In this document: in pieces, positions 28,958 through 41,945 of the stretch
How positions within the stretch are numbered: position 1 is the first letter of the stretch
Layout of the letters: each line of letters begins with the position of its first letter
NCBI GenBank assembly: GCA_040954595.2
Contig: CM082584.2
Coordinates: 3,007,344-3,071,343 of the forward strand
Source: Balanoglossus misakiensis
Lineage: Eukaryota; Animalia; Hemichordata
DNA length: 64,000 nt
Direction of reading: 5' to 3'
The notes under the pieces: generated by a model
The model's database searches: none
What the model was told of the DNA's origin: nothing
What the model saw: the letters and a program-made list of their open reading frames with translations, nothing else
Translations under genes and position numbers: made by a program

Positions 28958-29160
28958 GAGACGGTTTTGGCAACCAGACCTGATGTAAGGATTAACACCT
29001 CTCCACAACCCATTATCTATGGGGCAGAGCCTCAGCGCCTATACATAAACTTTGTGTGTGTGGACACAAGCGACTCAAAGGATTAATTCTCTGTGTTTAC
29101 AAAAGGCAAATAGTATCTCCGAAATGTTTCAAATTTTTACCAGTGTGACCGTGGTATTAT
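28958..29160 (+). repeat. Dispersed repeat fragment (copy of 8365-8566)
   Basis: Colinear similarity to 8365-8566. Confidence 0.75.
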
Positions 29161-29534
29161 AAACAGGTACCCTACACTTTGAATGACACACACACTTACA
29201 CCACACAAACAAACAAACAAACAAACAAACATAAATACCCTATAACTATACTATATTATAACTAACTATAACTACAAGTAACAACTAACAAAATAACTTA
29301 ATATACCTAATTAAATAAACCGTTCAAATACAGATGTGTACACCAAAATTAACTAAATTTACACAAATATATAAAAATGCATGGCAGGGATGCCCCCAAA
29401 ACTACCGTAAGCACTGCAAGCTGGGAGTCCATGCGTCTACGGACCTCTGTTGACAGATGAGGCATCATGGAGACTGCATGGTAGTGGGACTTCTGGTCCA
29501 AATCATCTTGCAGCATTCCTCTGCTTTGGTGGCA

Positions 29535-30275
29535 TACAGATCAATCTCTGCCATCCTGCAACGCAGCATCTAGTTTCTGCATGGTACTAATGGTAGTCGG
29601 ACTTCAATCTGCCAGTTGGCACACAGATCAGTGTTCTCCATCCTGCAAACCAGCATCTAGTTTCTGCATGGTACTAATGGTAGTCGGACTTCAATCTGCC
29701 AGTTGGCACACAGATCAGTGTTCTCCATCCTGCAAACCAGCATCTAGTTTCTGCATGGTACTATTGGTAGTCGGACTTCAATCTGCCAGTTGGCACACAG
29801 ATCAGTGTTCTCCATCCTGCAAACCAGCATCTAGTTTCTGCATGGTACTATTGGTAGTCGGACTTCAATCTGCCAGTTGGCACACAGATCAGTGTTCTCC
29901 ATCCTGCAAACCAGCATCTAGTTTCTGCATGGTACTATTGGTAGTCGGACTTCAATCTGCCAGTTGGCACACAGATCAGTGTTCTCCATCCTGCAAACCA
30001 GCATCTAGTTTCTGCATGGTACTATTGGTAGTCGGACTTCAATCTGCCAGTTGGCACACAGATCAGTGTTCTCCATCCTGCAAACCAGCATCTAGTTTCT
30101 GCATGGTACTATTGGTAGTCGGACTTCAATCTGCCAGTTGGCACACAGATCAGTGTTCTCCATCCTGCAAACCAGCATCTAGTTTCTGCATGGTACTATT
30201 GGTAGTCAGACTTCAAACTGCTATGGTGGCATAGAGATCAATCTCCACCATCCTGCAAACCAGAATCTAGTTTCT
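29535..30275. repeat. 87-bp minisatellite, ~8 copies
   Basis: Unit CATCTAGTTTCTGCATGGTACTA(T/A)TGGTAGTCGGACTTCAATCTGCCAGTTGGCACACAGATCAGTGTTCTCCATCCTGCAAACCAG. Inner copies are essentially identical and the edge copies are diverged. Confidence 0.97.
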
Positions 30276-31594
30276 CGTATCTGAAAAAAGCAAACAGATG
30301 CCGCACAGGAAAATATAAATGATGAGCTGGGGGTGGTGGTGACAATGAGGAGTAATTTAACTGCATGTGACACAAAAGACAAATTCCCGCGATCAAACAC
30401 CCTCTATAACTCCAGGCATTGTCTTTGCAGTACACATGCCAGGTAATGCAAATTGTGTAAGAATCCATCAAGTTTTACTTTATGCAGGCTACATGACAAT
30501 GACTCATGCTCAGTTTTTTATGGACTTGTTATTTTGTGCCTTTCTAAATGACTTCTGGGTGTTTGTAAAACTTGTAACGAGCAGTAATGAGCAGAAACTT
30601 GCAGTAATGACCAATAACATCCTAGAAATAGACAGAATGGGTAATCACAAATACTGTGGAAATGCTGATCGTTTCCAATTTCATATTATACCCGTATAGT
30701 CATCTGAAGTTATGCAATCAGTGTCAATTATCATGACTGTTTTCATGGAACTAAACAGTTGTTTAATTTCATATCATTGCTGGAAAAAAGTCATCGTCGA
30801 TGACTTCGTTCACGCTGGTTTGATGTTCTTGGTATTTGTGCTCGAGTGTTGGTTTGTTTTCGCATACTTTAAATGTTGTGCATTGATTTTTTTGGACCTT
30901 GTTCCAGAAGTGGTGAGCGAAAATTGTTTTTAAATGTTTTTAGGCAGAAGGTAAAACCAGTTCTCTGGCATATTTGCACAAATGCAGACAATGCGAGATA
31001 ATTGTTTTGCTTTTTACCAGAAATATCTCTGATACCTGTACAGTATTTGTAACTGAATTCAATACTATATTTCCCCACCAATAAAACAGGCCATTATATA
31101 TACAGTTGGTGTTTGCACAACATATTCTGAGTATTTCCACATGCTCTCAGAATAAAATAAAATGCACAGCAAATCACTGAAATCCAACAATTAAGTATTA
31201 TTCTTTAATATTGTCCTGGTGGGATCTGGCATCTGAGTTTTTTTTTCATTTTACTTTGGCCCCATGTCTTGGCCTCTTTACTGTCTCTACACATTCTACA
31301 CGATGGTCTAACAACACTGTACAGACTATCTCTCACTACGCACACTGTTCTCACACTCCTGGCACGCTGGGAGTGTGAGAACAAATTGATCCCACACTTT
31401 CACTGAATCGAAAGCTGTATCTGACGCTCGCACTGATTGGTTGACAAAGCGTTCTTTTGCAAACGCGCACTAAATTTTATCCAATGGCACGATGTGTATG
31501 TACAGGGACAGAGACTACAACGTGCCTAGACTACAGTTCCAGAGTCGTTTATTCAATTTTTTAACGAATTTGGCTAAATTGTGGCTGTGTGAGA

Positions 31595-31710
31595 AATAGA
31601 ATCTCACACACCAAGGACCTGGGATCATATTTCTCACACTCCTCGGACAGAAAATCCCCAACTCTTGTGAGAAATATGATCCCAGGTCCTTGGGTGTGTG
31701 AGATTCTATT
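31595..31710. repeat. Hairpin / short inverted repeat
   Basis: AATAGAATCTCACACACCAAGGACCTGGGATCATATTTCTCACA ... TGTGAGAAATATGATCCCAGGTCCTTGGGTGTGTGAGATTCTATT. A smaller related hairpin sits at ~31346-31383. Confidence 0.85.
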
Positions 31711-32477
31711 ATTCTGGCCACGGTAGCCATGTCTAATTTGTTCCAGTCTGCACCAAGTTCGTCAAACAGCTGAATAATATCATTGTAATAGCTATTGGGA
31801 AACATCTATTCTGTCAGGCAGACCAACTTCAGTAGCAGTGGACATCATGATCAAAAACGCATTTTGAATGTGGCTGCCAGTATCAAATGGCGCGGTAGCG
31901 GAAGTAGACGGAATGGCTTCGTGTGCAAATTGATTGTCTTATTTGACACACTGAACACTGCAAAATTCATGTTGAACTCGCTGTAGACTGACACGTCAGA
32001 TCGTATTTAAACATCAACGCAACCATGTGTTTTGTCGCTGTCATAATTTTTATACACTTTCGATGCAATTTTCATTCAACCAGATGCACCAACCATCTGC
32101 TGTCACAATCTTGTTAAACAAATCACTGAACTTTGGAACTAAATGTTCGCTGTCACGTCGAATGTTGGTTAATACTCATTATGTGACATGAACCAACCTT
32201 TACTAATAGAACGAAGAAATTTCTGCCTAAATCTACCCCCTTTGAATTGTCATTTGCCAAATATTTACATCACAACAACGTGTTGGCGCTCAACTCACTC
32301 AAAACAAGTTGGAAGTCTAATTCAAAATGCTTTGCCTGTGAACACATGAGAAAGTGTAGGGCGCCACCAAAGGCAGTACTAAGAATATTTGTAATGCAGA
32401 AGTAAGATTTTGCCACAATCCCAAAAAAAAATTCCAAAACAGCCAAAGAAGAATAAGCAGTGATTCCGATGAACAAT

Positions 32478-32505
32478 TTATCTTTTCTTCTTCAGGAATA
32501 GAGTC
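32478..32505 (-). CDS. Uncharacterised coiled-coil protein, terminal coding exon ((R)TLFLKKKR*)
   Basis: Acceptor TTTACCAG. Phase 2 matches the preceding exon. TAA stop. Confidence 0.6.
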
Positions 32506-32855
32506 CTGGTAAATACACACAAATTTGCAAATCAATCTGACTAGTAGTTGTTCAGTTACTGAGTTTTGACCAAATTTTTGGTCATTATTGCTCCTTATCA
32601 ATCATTCTATCTATTTCAAGGTCATCATTGGTCATTACTGTAGGTTCTGCTCATTACCAGTTTTAGAAACACCCGTGTTTTGTTGGCACATGTTTCAACA
32701 TTACACACAACATTTTGTTTTGGGATGATTTACAACTATATGCACAGATTCAGTGTGTAAGGTTGGCTGATTCACAGTTCAAACTCAAAATGATTAAATC
32801 ATGCCAACAAAATGCCAGGATGTAAAGGTCACACGGGGGTCAAGATTCACTATAC

Positions 32856-32987
32856 CTTTCAGCAGCATCTTTCCACCACGTTTTCAACGCTCTTGCTTTT
32901 TGGCTGAAAGCGGTCAGTGCCTCATTCATTTGTTCGAATTGTTGGTGGTACTCGTTCTTGGTTTTTTCATGCTGCAGATTATCCCAG
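32856..32987 (-). CDS. Uncharacterised coiled-coil protein exon ((S)WDNLQHEKTKNEYHQQFEQMNEALTAFSQKARALKTWWKDAAE)
   Basis: TTCTTTCAG acceptor, AG|GTATAG donor, 132 nt, phase 2 to 2, open. Confidence 0.8.
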
Positions 32988-33023
32988 CTGAAAGAACCCC
33001 AAGACATTACAACATTAGAGATA

Positions 33024-33204
33024 CTGTAAAACAAGTTATTTTTGCGAGTTGAAATTGTTCGCGATATCGAGAGAGGCCACTGTTACGCGAGAATTAATTT
33101 TCGCGTTCTCATGCACATTGTTCTTTCACAACTATATTTCGCGTATTTTTTGCTTTCCCATATTTCGCTTAAATTTATTGCTCGCTAAATAACCTGTTCC
33201 ACAG
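33024..33204. mobile_element. Tc1/mariner-type MITE, TA TSD
   Basis: TA|CTGTAAAACAAGTTATTT ... AAATAACCTGTTCCACAG|TA, with internal TTTCGCG repeats. Confidence 0.7.
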
Positions 33205-34143
33205 TAGTTGATAGTATGCACAGGACTCATGGGCTCAAACTGACTCATATTTCAGCAATTTACGGGTCATTTTCAGTGATTTCCAAAATTGTTAGACACG
33301 TATGTGCACCCTCTTCAAGAAACTGCCACATTCTTGGTATATACACACATACAAATGAAAGCTAAGACATTATTGAAAAAGACGCAATTTAAAAGACACA
33401 TAACTCTTCAATGCTGTTCATTTACTTCTTTCACCACATTGGTGGTTTGATCCAAATATGTTGTTTTCAAAAGTCTGGCCAATATACATACAAACAGGGG
33501 TGGCCCCTGATGAGAAAATGCAATGGACCATATTGGCCCCTACACGCCAACCACAATTCAAATTCTGGGTCAGAACTACTATAATATTTGCAGACACCTT
33601 TTCAATTTTGGTGGACGCAATTTTCATTTCTATGGACCCAATTTATACAAAATTTGGCTGAGGCGATTTGCAGCCAGACCACTTTATTTGTCATTTGGGC
33701 GCATTTTGACGACTTCGTTTTTCCTGGGTGATGCAACTCTGTCGACGTACTCAGAGCATTTTCACTGCTTTAATTTCTTTTTTTACACTGAGTGACTGTT
33801 GACAAAATGACTTCCACATAATTAAACCGTTTCATTTTGGTTGGCACAAAAACTCTAAGACCATATTTCTTTTGAGTGTACATTATTTTTGAACTGCTTG
33901 AGACTGGGCCAACCAGTCATGCGGTACATGATGACTACTGTCATGAGATACCACATGTACAATGTGCAAATAATATGAGTGCGCTCTGATTGAAATGAAA
34001 ATTGTGCAAAATATAAAATGTGAATATTATAGTTCTGACCACATAATTAGTCCGCTTAATTTTTGTTCTCACAAAGGTGCCACTGAAGGATCATGTACTG
34101 CGATATATTCAACTTTACACATACAAGTGTACGCCACACCTAC

Positions 34144-34340
34144 CTTGTCTCCTGCTCCAATGTCTTGAAAGTATCGGCCAGTTTCGTAAAATCATGTAAC
34201 ATTGCCTCGTTTTGTGAGATCCATTCTATTTTGATTTGTAGCCGTTCTTGTTTCCTCAGAAGGATCATTTTCTGCCTGTGAAAGGTCTTTGTAAGTTCTT
34301 CCAACGATAACTTTTTCTCTTCAATGTGCTTGTGCTGAAC
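34144..34340 (-). CDS. Uncharacterised coiled-coil protein exon (VQHKHIEEKKLSLEELTKTFHRQKMILLRKQERLQIKIEWISQNEAMLHDFTKLADTFKTLEQET)
   Basis: TTTTTCCTCAG acceptor, AG|GTAGGT donor, 197 nt, phase 0 to 2, heptad-like composition. Confidence 0.85.
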
Positions 34341-34571
34341 CTGAGGAAAAAACAAAACAAGCTTTAAACATTGCCTGTAGAAGAAATGTTTCCAGTGTCT
34401 TGTTCCTGGCCTGCTCCCCTACCCCATTCCCACTGCTGGCTGTGCCAGCTAAAAGGCAAGGGGTCAGGTACTGGCCGCCGCCTTGCACAAATTTCTGGTC
34501 AGCCATGCCCAGGATGACTGCTTCTAACGTTCGCACACAGGTACTGTCAAAGTCAGGTGCATCACATAAGA

Positions 34572-35030
34572 TCCATCCATCCATCCATCCATACATACAT
34601 CCATACATACATACATGCATGTGTACGCACGCACGCACGCACACATGCACGCATGCACATACATACATACATACATACATACATACATACATACATACAT
34701 ACATACATACATACATACACACACACACATACATCCATACATACATACCACATGCATGTGTACGCACGCACGCACGCACACATGCACGCATGCACATACA
34801 TACATACATACATACATACATACATACATACATACATACATACATACATACATACATACATACACACATACATTCATACATGCATGCATGCATGCATGCC
34901 TACATACATGCACACACAAATAGGTTTGTACATACTTCCATACATACATACATACATACTTAAATACATACATAAATTCATACACACACATACATAGTAC
35001 ATACACACGCAAATACTTACATACATACAT
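34572..35030. repeat. Compound (CATC)/(CATA)/(CACG) microsatellite with an internal block duplication
   Basis: Read directly from the sequence. It explains the low-complexity ORFs in the track. Confidence 0.95.
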
Positions 35031-35502
35031 AATTGCCATAACAGTTTAATGTACCTATACTTACGAAAACACAACACACCACTGCTACAACAGCAACTGC
35101 GATCAGCAGCCATTGCCAGTTAACCTCATAGAGCTGGAAAGTAAAAATACAACTGTTAAGTGATAATGCACCTACTATACCAAACACAGATCTTGCACGT
35201 ATTGAAATTTTGCGTAATATTGTAGCACTTTAAAGTGAAGGGGTCAGCGCGCTGTGATTGTTTGTTGATAGACATTAGAATTCACCTTCAAATCCCTGAA
35301 ATTAAATAATTCCTAGAATGAACGAAGCAGCCAACCGTAGCAACTGAAGATCCTGGTTGTGGTGACTGCAGTGAGGTTTGTGCAGGTATGGGAAGACGTA
35401 TTCTCATCAGGGGGACACCCACGCAGCGCGACAACCGCTTCCCTTTAAACATTGTATGAAAGCACAGATGACTAAGAGGTCAGAAAAACCAAAGCTACTT
35501 AC

Positions 35503-35541
35503 ATTGGGCTTTCCTGGGGGATCTTGTAGAGGATCCTTTAC
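35503..35541 (-). CDS. Uncharacterised coiled-coil protein exon (VKDPLQDPPGKPN)
   Basis: Polypyrimidine tract plus CTAG acceptor, GTAAGT donor, 39 nt, phase 0 to 0. Confidence 0.7.
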
Positions 35542-35964
35542 CTAGATCAAATTATACAAAAAAGAGAATTAGCAAATCATTGAAACTGAAATGTTGAAAA
35601 CTGTCAATGTCATGCCATTTCGGTCAATGACACATTACTGAGTATTGAATGATGGATCAAGGTACATTATAAAACCCAAGACAAGCACATTTTTAAAGGA
35701 CCACAAATAGTTGATCCAATTTACATATGGACTTCAAATTATTACTTTAAAATTGTTGATCAAAGTCAGAGTAAATGAAGTCCAATAACTCGTGCCATAA
35801 TACTTGTGTTATTAGTTTCAGGGGATAAATATATAATTTACTCGAAAATTATAATTATGCAAAGTTTCTGACAAAAATACCAATATTTCTTTCATGTTGC
35901 TTTTACTGTTGATGCTCGTGAGCCTATATAGGTTGTTCAAATTTAAAAACATCGTCACAGCCAG

Positions 35965-35980
35965 CCGCTAGAGGGCGCTG
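35965..35980 (+). promoter_or_regulatory. CTCF-like motif
   Basis: CCGCTAGAGGGCGCTG closely matches the bilaterian CTCF core consensus. Motif match only. Confidence 0.45.
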
Positions 35981-36688
35981 TTATGTATTTGAATGCCCAT
36001 GAATGTGCAACTCGATCGTACAGTACACCCATGTCACAGATAGCCATCTCAGGCACTCATAAATTCATACTGGTATTAGCTTTATCCCCATTTGCCAGAA
36101 TGTAGCACAAATTCGTTTGTTTCCATCATTGCAGAATCTGATTGAACAATGCTTAAAAACTTGGACAGAAAACATCAGTAAGACAACAAATGATTTGTTA
36201 CATAAAGTCTGTACAATATGGCTACAGTTACATTCATGATTGCCATGGCATAAAGGTTAGAAGTATCATCAGTGGTTCCATTAATGCAAAATCCTGCGCA
36301 TTTCAAAATGTCTGACCATAATTACACAAAGATAATGAAGGATGCATACACCACAAGTGCAAATTTGCAAATTGTATTCAGCGAGGCTTACAAGATAAAA
36401 ATAATGCAGAAATGCACAGAAATGTTACAATTTTCACTCAGGTAACATGGCATTGATATATAGAAATCTTTGTAATAATGTACCAGTACGGTGGTGTTCT
36501 TTTCAGGCTTTCAAATGCCTACCCAAGGCAATATTGTTACATTTAGGCAAAGTAAATTCTGAATGCATATTGAAGTATGCAAAGGAAAAATAATCGAACA
36601 GAACCTCTGTATCACGTGATTGAACTTGTATGAACATGCAGGATGACAGACATAGGAGGACAGACACTCTGTTAATTATATGGTAGCT

Positions 36689-37899
36689 TTAACAACCCTG
36701 TGCTGTCTACAGCGCCCTCAGATGTCCCATACTGGAGAAACCACAGCGTCTGTACACGTCCGATGATTCCAGAACATCTGGCGATTCAAAAAGTGTGGGA
36801 TACGTAACGGTTTCTTGTGAAATACGTGTTATCTTTTTCTAATGACGTATTAAACATATGATAGGCTCTCATTTCCCGCCAAGAAAATATCATGTGACCA
36901 TTTGACCTTTTGCCGTTATCAGCGATTTAATCCCAAGGGACGCTACAGGATGCTGCCGATTATTTTTAGTTAATTTATTCACGACATTTGTTGACAGAAC
37001 TGACTTGACCTACCTCGAATTTTGTGAGAAAAATTGTGGCATATGCCGAAATAATTTGATTTTTCTTAAGGATGACGATTAGGAAGAATTTTTAGGACTA
37101 AAAAATGTTGAAACTGCTAGCGATTTTGATGAACATGAACGGGAATGGGAAGTTTTGAATTTTGAGGCTGCGGCCGTTGAACTTTCACCGGAAGCACCGG
37201 GCGACTTGTGCAACGTACGTTGGTAATATCGGAGATTTAATTTTATTAAATTATCACTGTTTTTTTCGGAATCTGGTCCTAACCATTGTTTGGAAATAGG
37301 TACCCATTTTTTGGCAGTTGATTGCCCAGAATTTTATGAAGCATCTTGCCAACGAGATCGTGCTTCTCAATGTCAACAAGTCCACGCTGCTGACTCGAAT
37401 CTAAAATCAAGGCTGATGAAATATACGGGAGTTTTAATATTGACGTGAATATTTTTTTACGTGTTCGCTGTTTTCCACACGTCAAATTAGTTCACTGGTG
37501 ACAGATTTCAAGTACCAGGCATCGCTAAGATCATGCTAATGAGCAGATACAAAAAACTTTGCGAGTATTTTCCATGTAAACAACAATGACCTCGTTTTGT
37601 CCTGAGGTGACCTGAGCGTGATTGCGTGTTCAAAAATCGGCCCCTGTTAGAGATCGTTCATCTATCATTTCCAGCCAAGTTTTATGCATTTTAGGAGCTG
37701 TCCATTGATCAGGCCACGGTGTAATTCAAAGAAAACGGCCATATGATATAAATGCCTGCAAAACCAGTCGAGTGGGAGTTCAATGCGTATGCATTGCAAT
37801 GAACATAGTTGCATGTTATCATATTGGCTACTGCTTGAGCGCGAGCAGTTCAGCTGACTGGCAACTGACATAAAGCCATGTTACAACACAGAAGTGTAA
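36689..37899 (+). mobile_element. Decayed piggyBac transposon fragment
   Basis: 37500-37790 reads, across frameshifts, FQVPGIAKIM...RYKKLCEYFH.NNND..D..FK.RPLL...ELSID.A...FK...MPAKPV.W.F, as in piggyBac/PGBD transposases. Ends are approximate. Confidence 0.75.
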
Positions 37900-38172
37900 A
37901 AGGGATAACAAAAACTATAATAAATAGTATAAATAAGACAACCAGACTCTATATTTTGTTCATGTTGATTCCAAGACAAACTGTAGTTGCTGAACAAAAA
38001 AAATAAAATTTTCTCTAAACCGTGTTCAAGAATATTCAGTAAGGTCAAAGGTAGTGGAATTTTTATATTTTCATAATCATTTTAGCATCATTTGAGAGCC
38101 CATTTTTTTAGCTTTCATATGGAAATATGTTGCTATAGTCAATTTTTAGCTCAATTTTGGTTATATTGAAGA

Positions 38173-38348
38173 AAAGAAATCACTGTCAGTCATTGAATAA
38201 TATTTTCTAATTTGAGTGGAAAGTTCTGGTCTCCACTGTGCATTGTTATGCAAATGAGATAGCTCATTTGCATAACAATGCACAGTGGAGACCAGAACTT
38301 TCCACTCAAATTAGAAAATATTATTCAATGACTGACAGTGATTTCTTT
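38173..38348. repeat. Perfect 86-bp-arm palindrome with 4-nt spacer
   Basis: Arms 38173-38258 and 38263-38348 are exact reverse complements. Spacer ATAG. Confidence 0.95.
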
Positions 38349-38459
38349 ACCACATAGTCCTTGTGCCATGTGTGAACAAAATGTGTTTGGCTATTTCTGG
38401 GTTACAAATAAAAAGAGAATTCAGTTTCAGGTTTTCTGCAATTGTTGTGAATCACTTAC

Positions 38460-38534
38460 CATGCATCGCAATGTTGTCAGTCTTTCTTCCCTTGCTCCTA
38501 TTCTGTTTAGAGCACTCTGTCTCTGCCTAATTCT
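38460..38534 (-). CDS. Uncharacterised coiled-coil protein exon (RIRQRQSALNRIGAREERLTTLRCM)
   Basis: ATACAG acceptor, G|GTAAGT donor, 75 nt. Only the phase-0 frame is open. Confidence 0.78.
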
Positions 38535-39254
38535 CTGTATATGAAATAGGAAGAATATATTCATTTAGGATTATAAGAGACACTTTCAGGAATTGCAGCA
38601 TGGTGTCAATTATCAACGTCCTAAAATTCTGAAAGTTTATATTTTGAAACAATGACATGGAGGAACAGGCTGGTGCATAGTACAACATCATTATGCATAC
38701 TAGGTCACATGATATTATGGCCATTAAAAGAATCATTTTTTAGCCCATTTTACTTCAGAAAACTGCTGGCTGATTGCTGGTTGCCATGTGTGTATCAATT
38801 GAGAAGACTTTGCAGCATTGTTCAAGAGAGTGTTGGCAGTCTATGGTGTGACAATCCATGACAAAATTATAACTCCTCATTTTGCTATTCTTATTTCTAT
38901 TCAACATTCCATTTCTTAGTTTAAAATTTGATTTCACAATTCAACTTTCCATTTTTCAGTGCAACAATTCGATTTCATAACGTTGACTTACAGATAGTCA
39001 GATTGAATCTGGTGACTGCGTATTCACGCATGTAGAATTTCTTCATTTAGAATTGGAATTTTACATTGTCAGCATAATTGGGATTTTGCATAGTCAGCGA
39101 CATTCAGAAATCTGTTCCAACAGAAATTCTACATGCGTGAATACGCAGACTTCTTGATAAAATTGTCATCAATTTCTCGGTTATCGGTAATATTAAATCC
39201 CAAACTAAATATATTTGTTTGTAAATTCTAAATTGTATTTCAAAATTAATATAC

Positions 39255-39322
39255 CTTATAGCTCTCTTCGGTTCGCTGGAGCCGGATTGTTCTGAACTTT
39301 GCGGAATGGTATTCCCACATAT
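39255..39322 (-). CDS. Uncharacterised coiled-coil protein exon (MWEYHSAKFRTIRLQRTEESYK)
   Basis: TTATTTTTAG acceptor, AAG|GTATAT donor, ends phase 0. The ATG at 39320 may be the start, or upstream exons may exist. Confidence 0.7.
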
Positions 39323-41639
39323 CTAAAAATAATGAAATGACATCAAGGATGATAAAAAACAAATTTAATTATTTCAAATAAAGTGGTATCATACCACAGG
39401 TCTGTTTCCTCGTTTTCATGTAAGCTTACTTGCAAATTAAATATTGATAGCGGTGTCAATTGTCCAGGTCTGAGACAGTAAATTGTACTATTTTACTGGT
39501 TATATAATAATGAGGAATTACAGGCCCACCATTATAATCACAACTTGAAGCTGTCTAAGAGAGCGAACATTATTTATTTAGGGCCTGAAGAGGTGTTGGA
39601 GGAATTTCACCAGGCACATATGCATGCCAAACCAAGCCTGTTGCTGGATTATAACCAAAGGTGTAAACGTACCCGCCTTATTGGTCAACACACTGAGAAA
39701 CATAGAAAAATATGAGATGTTTATTCGAGGGCCAATGGCAATATCAGGGGGCATACTTCGCCATAATATTACTCACTGTCTTAGCCCCGTGTAACGCCTG
39801 GAACACACAGACCTGTACGCAGGGCCATAACTGTCTATACTACAGAGTTTTACTAACATGCATGCGGATTTTAACCTGGAATTGTGTGTGGACGGCGTCT
39901 AAATGTTTCCGTCAATACACACATTCTACACTACATGTATACTCACAAGGTAAAACCTCGAGCTACGATTCTGCATCTGCGTTTGGGTTTAGTCGTGTAT
40001 CACATCATATCGTGGCTGAAAACTGTATTCTACCTGTCTCATCATTGCTTGGACCATGACTCCTTGATTCAGCTCGACATGACTCAAGTTGAAGACACAA
40101 TAAATCAATATAAATATTACTTCTGGTCGACGCACAGTCTCATGAGTCATGGCGCTCGAGTGCTTTTTTGACAGGCCAAAGGTCAACCCTGTTGAGGGCG
40201 TGCTCCGGTTATAATATTATAATACTGTACTATAAAAAATAATTTTCAAGTTGAAAATGAACTGCGGACGGGAACGTGGGCCTGCACTGGTCGATACCAT
40301 ATTATTTATGGGACTGTCAATACCGACAACCTAGTTTAACATGTGTGTCTGCAAAATAGTCCGAGACACAGTCATTGCGGCTTGTTCAACGCCAGAAAAT
40401 TAAAATACAAACAACTGGCAGAAAACTTGGTGTGTTTTCGTTTGGATATTCTAAGAGTGGAAAACATATCGCTCGAGGGCACTCGCTGAGCTCCGTCATC
40501 ATTCAGTGGACGGTGAAAAATAGCCCTAAAATGTAGACAGTGACACTATAAATGGCGGCTGGACAGCGAAAGCCACTAATAAATATTTCCAAACATGGTT
40601 AGCAGGAAAGTGAATTTCGCTCATTTGTCATTTGTGGCAAATGCTGTAGACACGGAGCAAGTACGCGAGAATACTAATGCGTGAATATTCGTCAAATTGA
40701 AAGCCTTGTCACTTCTCTTTACAAGTTGCTGGTTGTTTATTCTCCTTTGTAAGCATTTTTTCGATCGCTAATAAATTGCAGGGGGTTAAAACGTGCTTGG
40801 TTTTGAAATTCAAGGCCGTGAGATTAGTCGATCATAATAAAAATAAAAACTACCGAGGCAACAGTTTTCCGTTTTCCCCATGGGTGAAAATATTCAACGG
40901 AGTTTATCTCGAAATTGAGCACGTTGGCTATTCAATTGTTTTCTACCATTCAATTTTAATTCATTTGACTGAGCTATGGGTAGACCTAAACGTTCATGAA
41001 AATGACAATAGCAGACGTGGGTTTTCTAGCAATCCTATGGGAAAAGACAAATTGAAAGCGCTTGTACAGATTGTAATTTATACTCGGCTGCTGTCTTCCA
41101 CGTGGATCTATTCATGGTGTACGGTGTGCCTCAATACTTTGTTTACTTTCTATTTCATTCGACGCTAATGTTTAGACCATGTAATTAGTTCTACTGTATG
41201 GAGATAGTCAATTAAAGAGGCCCTGGTGGGCCTATAGGCTTCATGTAAATCTTGACATTCTTATGATATCAATTGGTCCGACTTGCTGCTTTGAACCATG
41301 TATTGTTTTTGCATTTCTGCACTCAATGTCGAATACGTCCATCTGCCATTATTCCAACACGTAGGCCTAATTCAAGCAGAAAACATGGCAAATTGTCGCA
41401 ACAAAAAACCTGCCGTTCTTTCTTTACAACCTACTTGCTTATGGATTCTCTTGGTACAAGACGGATATGTCATGCACAACGCGAACCAGAACATATAATA
41501 TAGGGACCTGGCAGCTACCTATGGGAAGTTGCGCGCAAACACAAGGAAAAATCATTAACAATATATATTATACTTACTTCAATCTTTTGGCCCAGGGACA
41601 GCAACAAATCCGAAGAAAAACTAATATTGAAACTATAAC

Positions 41640-41640
41640 T

Positions 41641-41724
<84 letters not shown>

Positions 41725-41945
41725 GACTAAGTATCTAACTAACTTACTAACTAACTTACTACTAAGCAACTAACTATCTTACTAACTTACTAACTAACTA
41801 CTAAGTAACTAACTATCTAACTAACTTACTAACCAACTAAAAATACTAATACTAAAACTAATCTGAAATAAGAAAAATATACTAACTAAAAATCTATAAT
41901 AAACGGAACTATAATAAACTTATCTATCTAACTAACTGACTAAGA
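41640..41945. repeat. (TAAC)n microsatellite decaying into A-rich low-complexity sequence
   Basis: Read directly from the sequence. Confidence 0.9.

Noticed and set aside
34321-35113. Long MYVC/HTYI ORFs
   Set aside because: Translations of a (CATA)n microsatellite.
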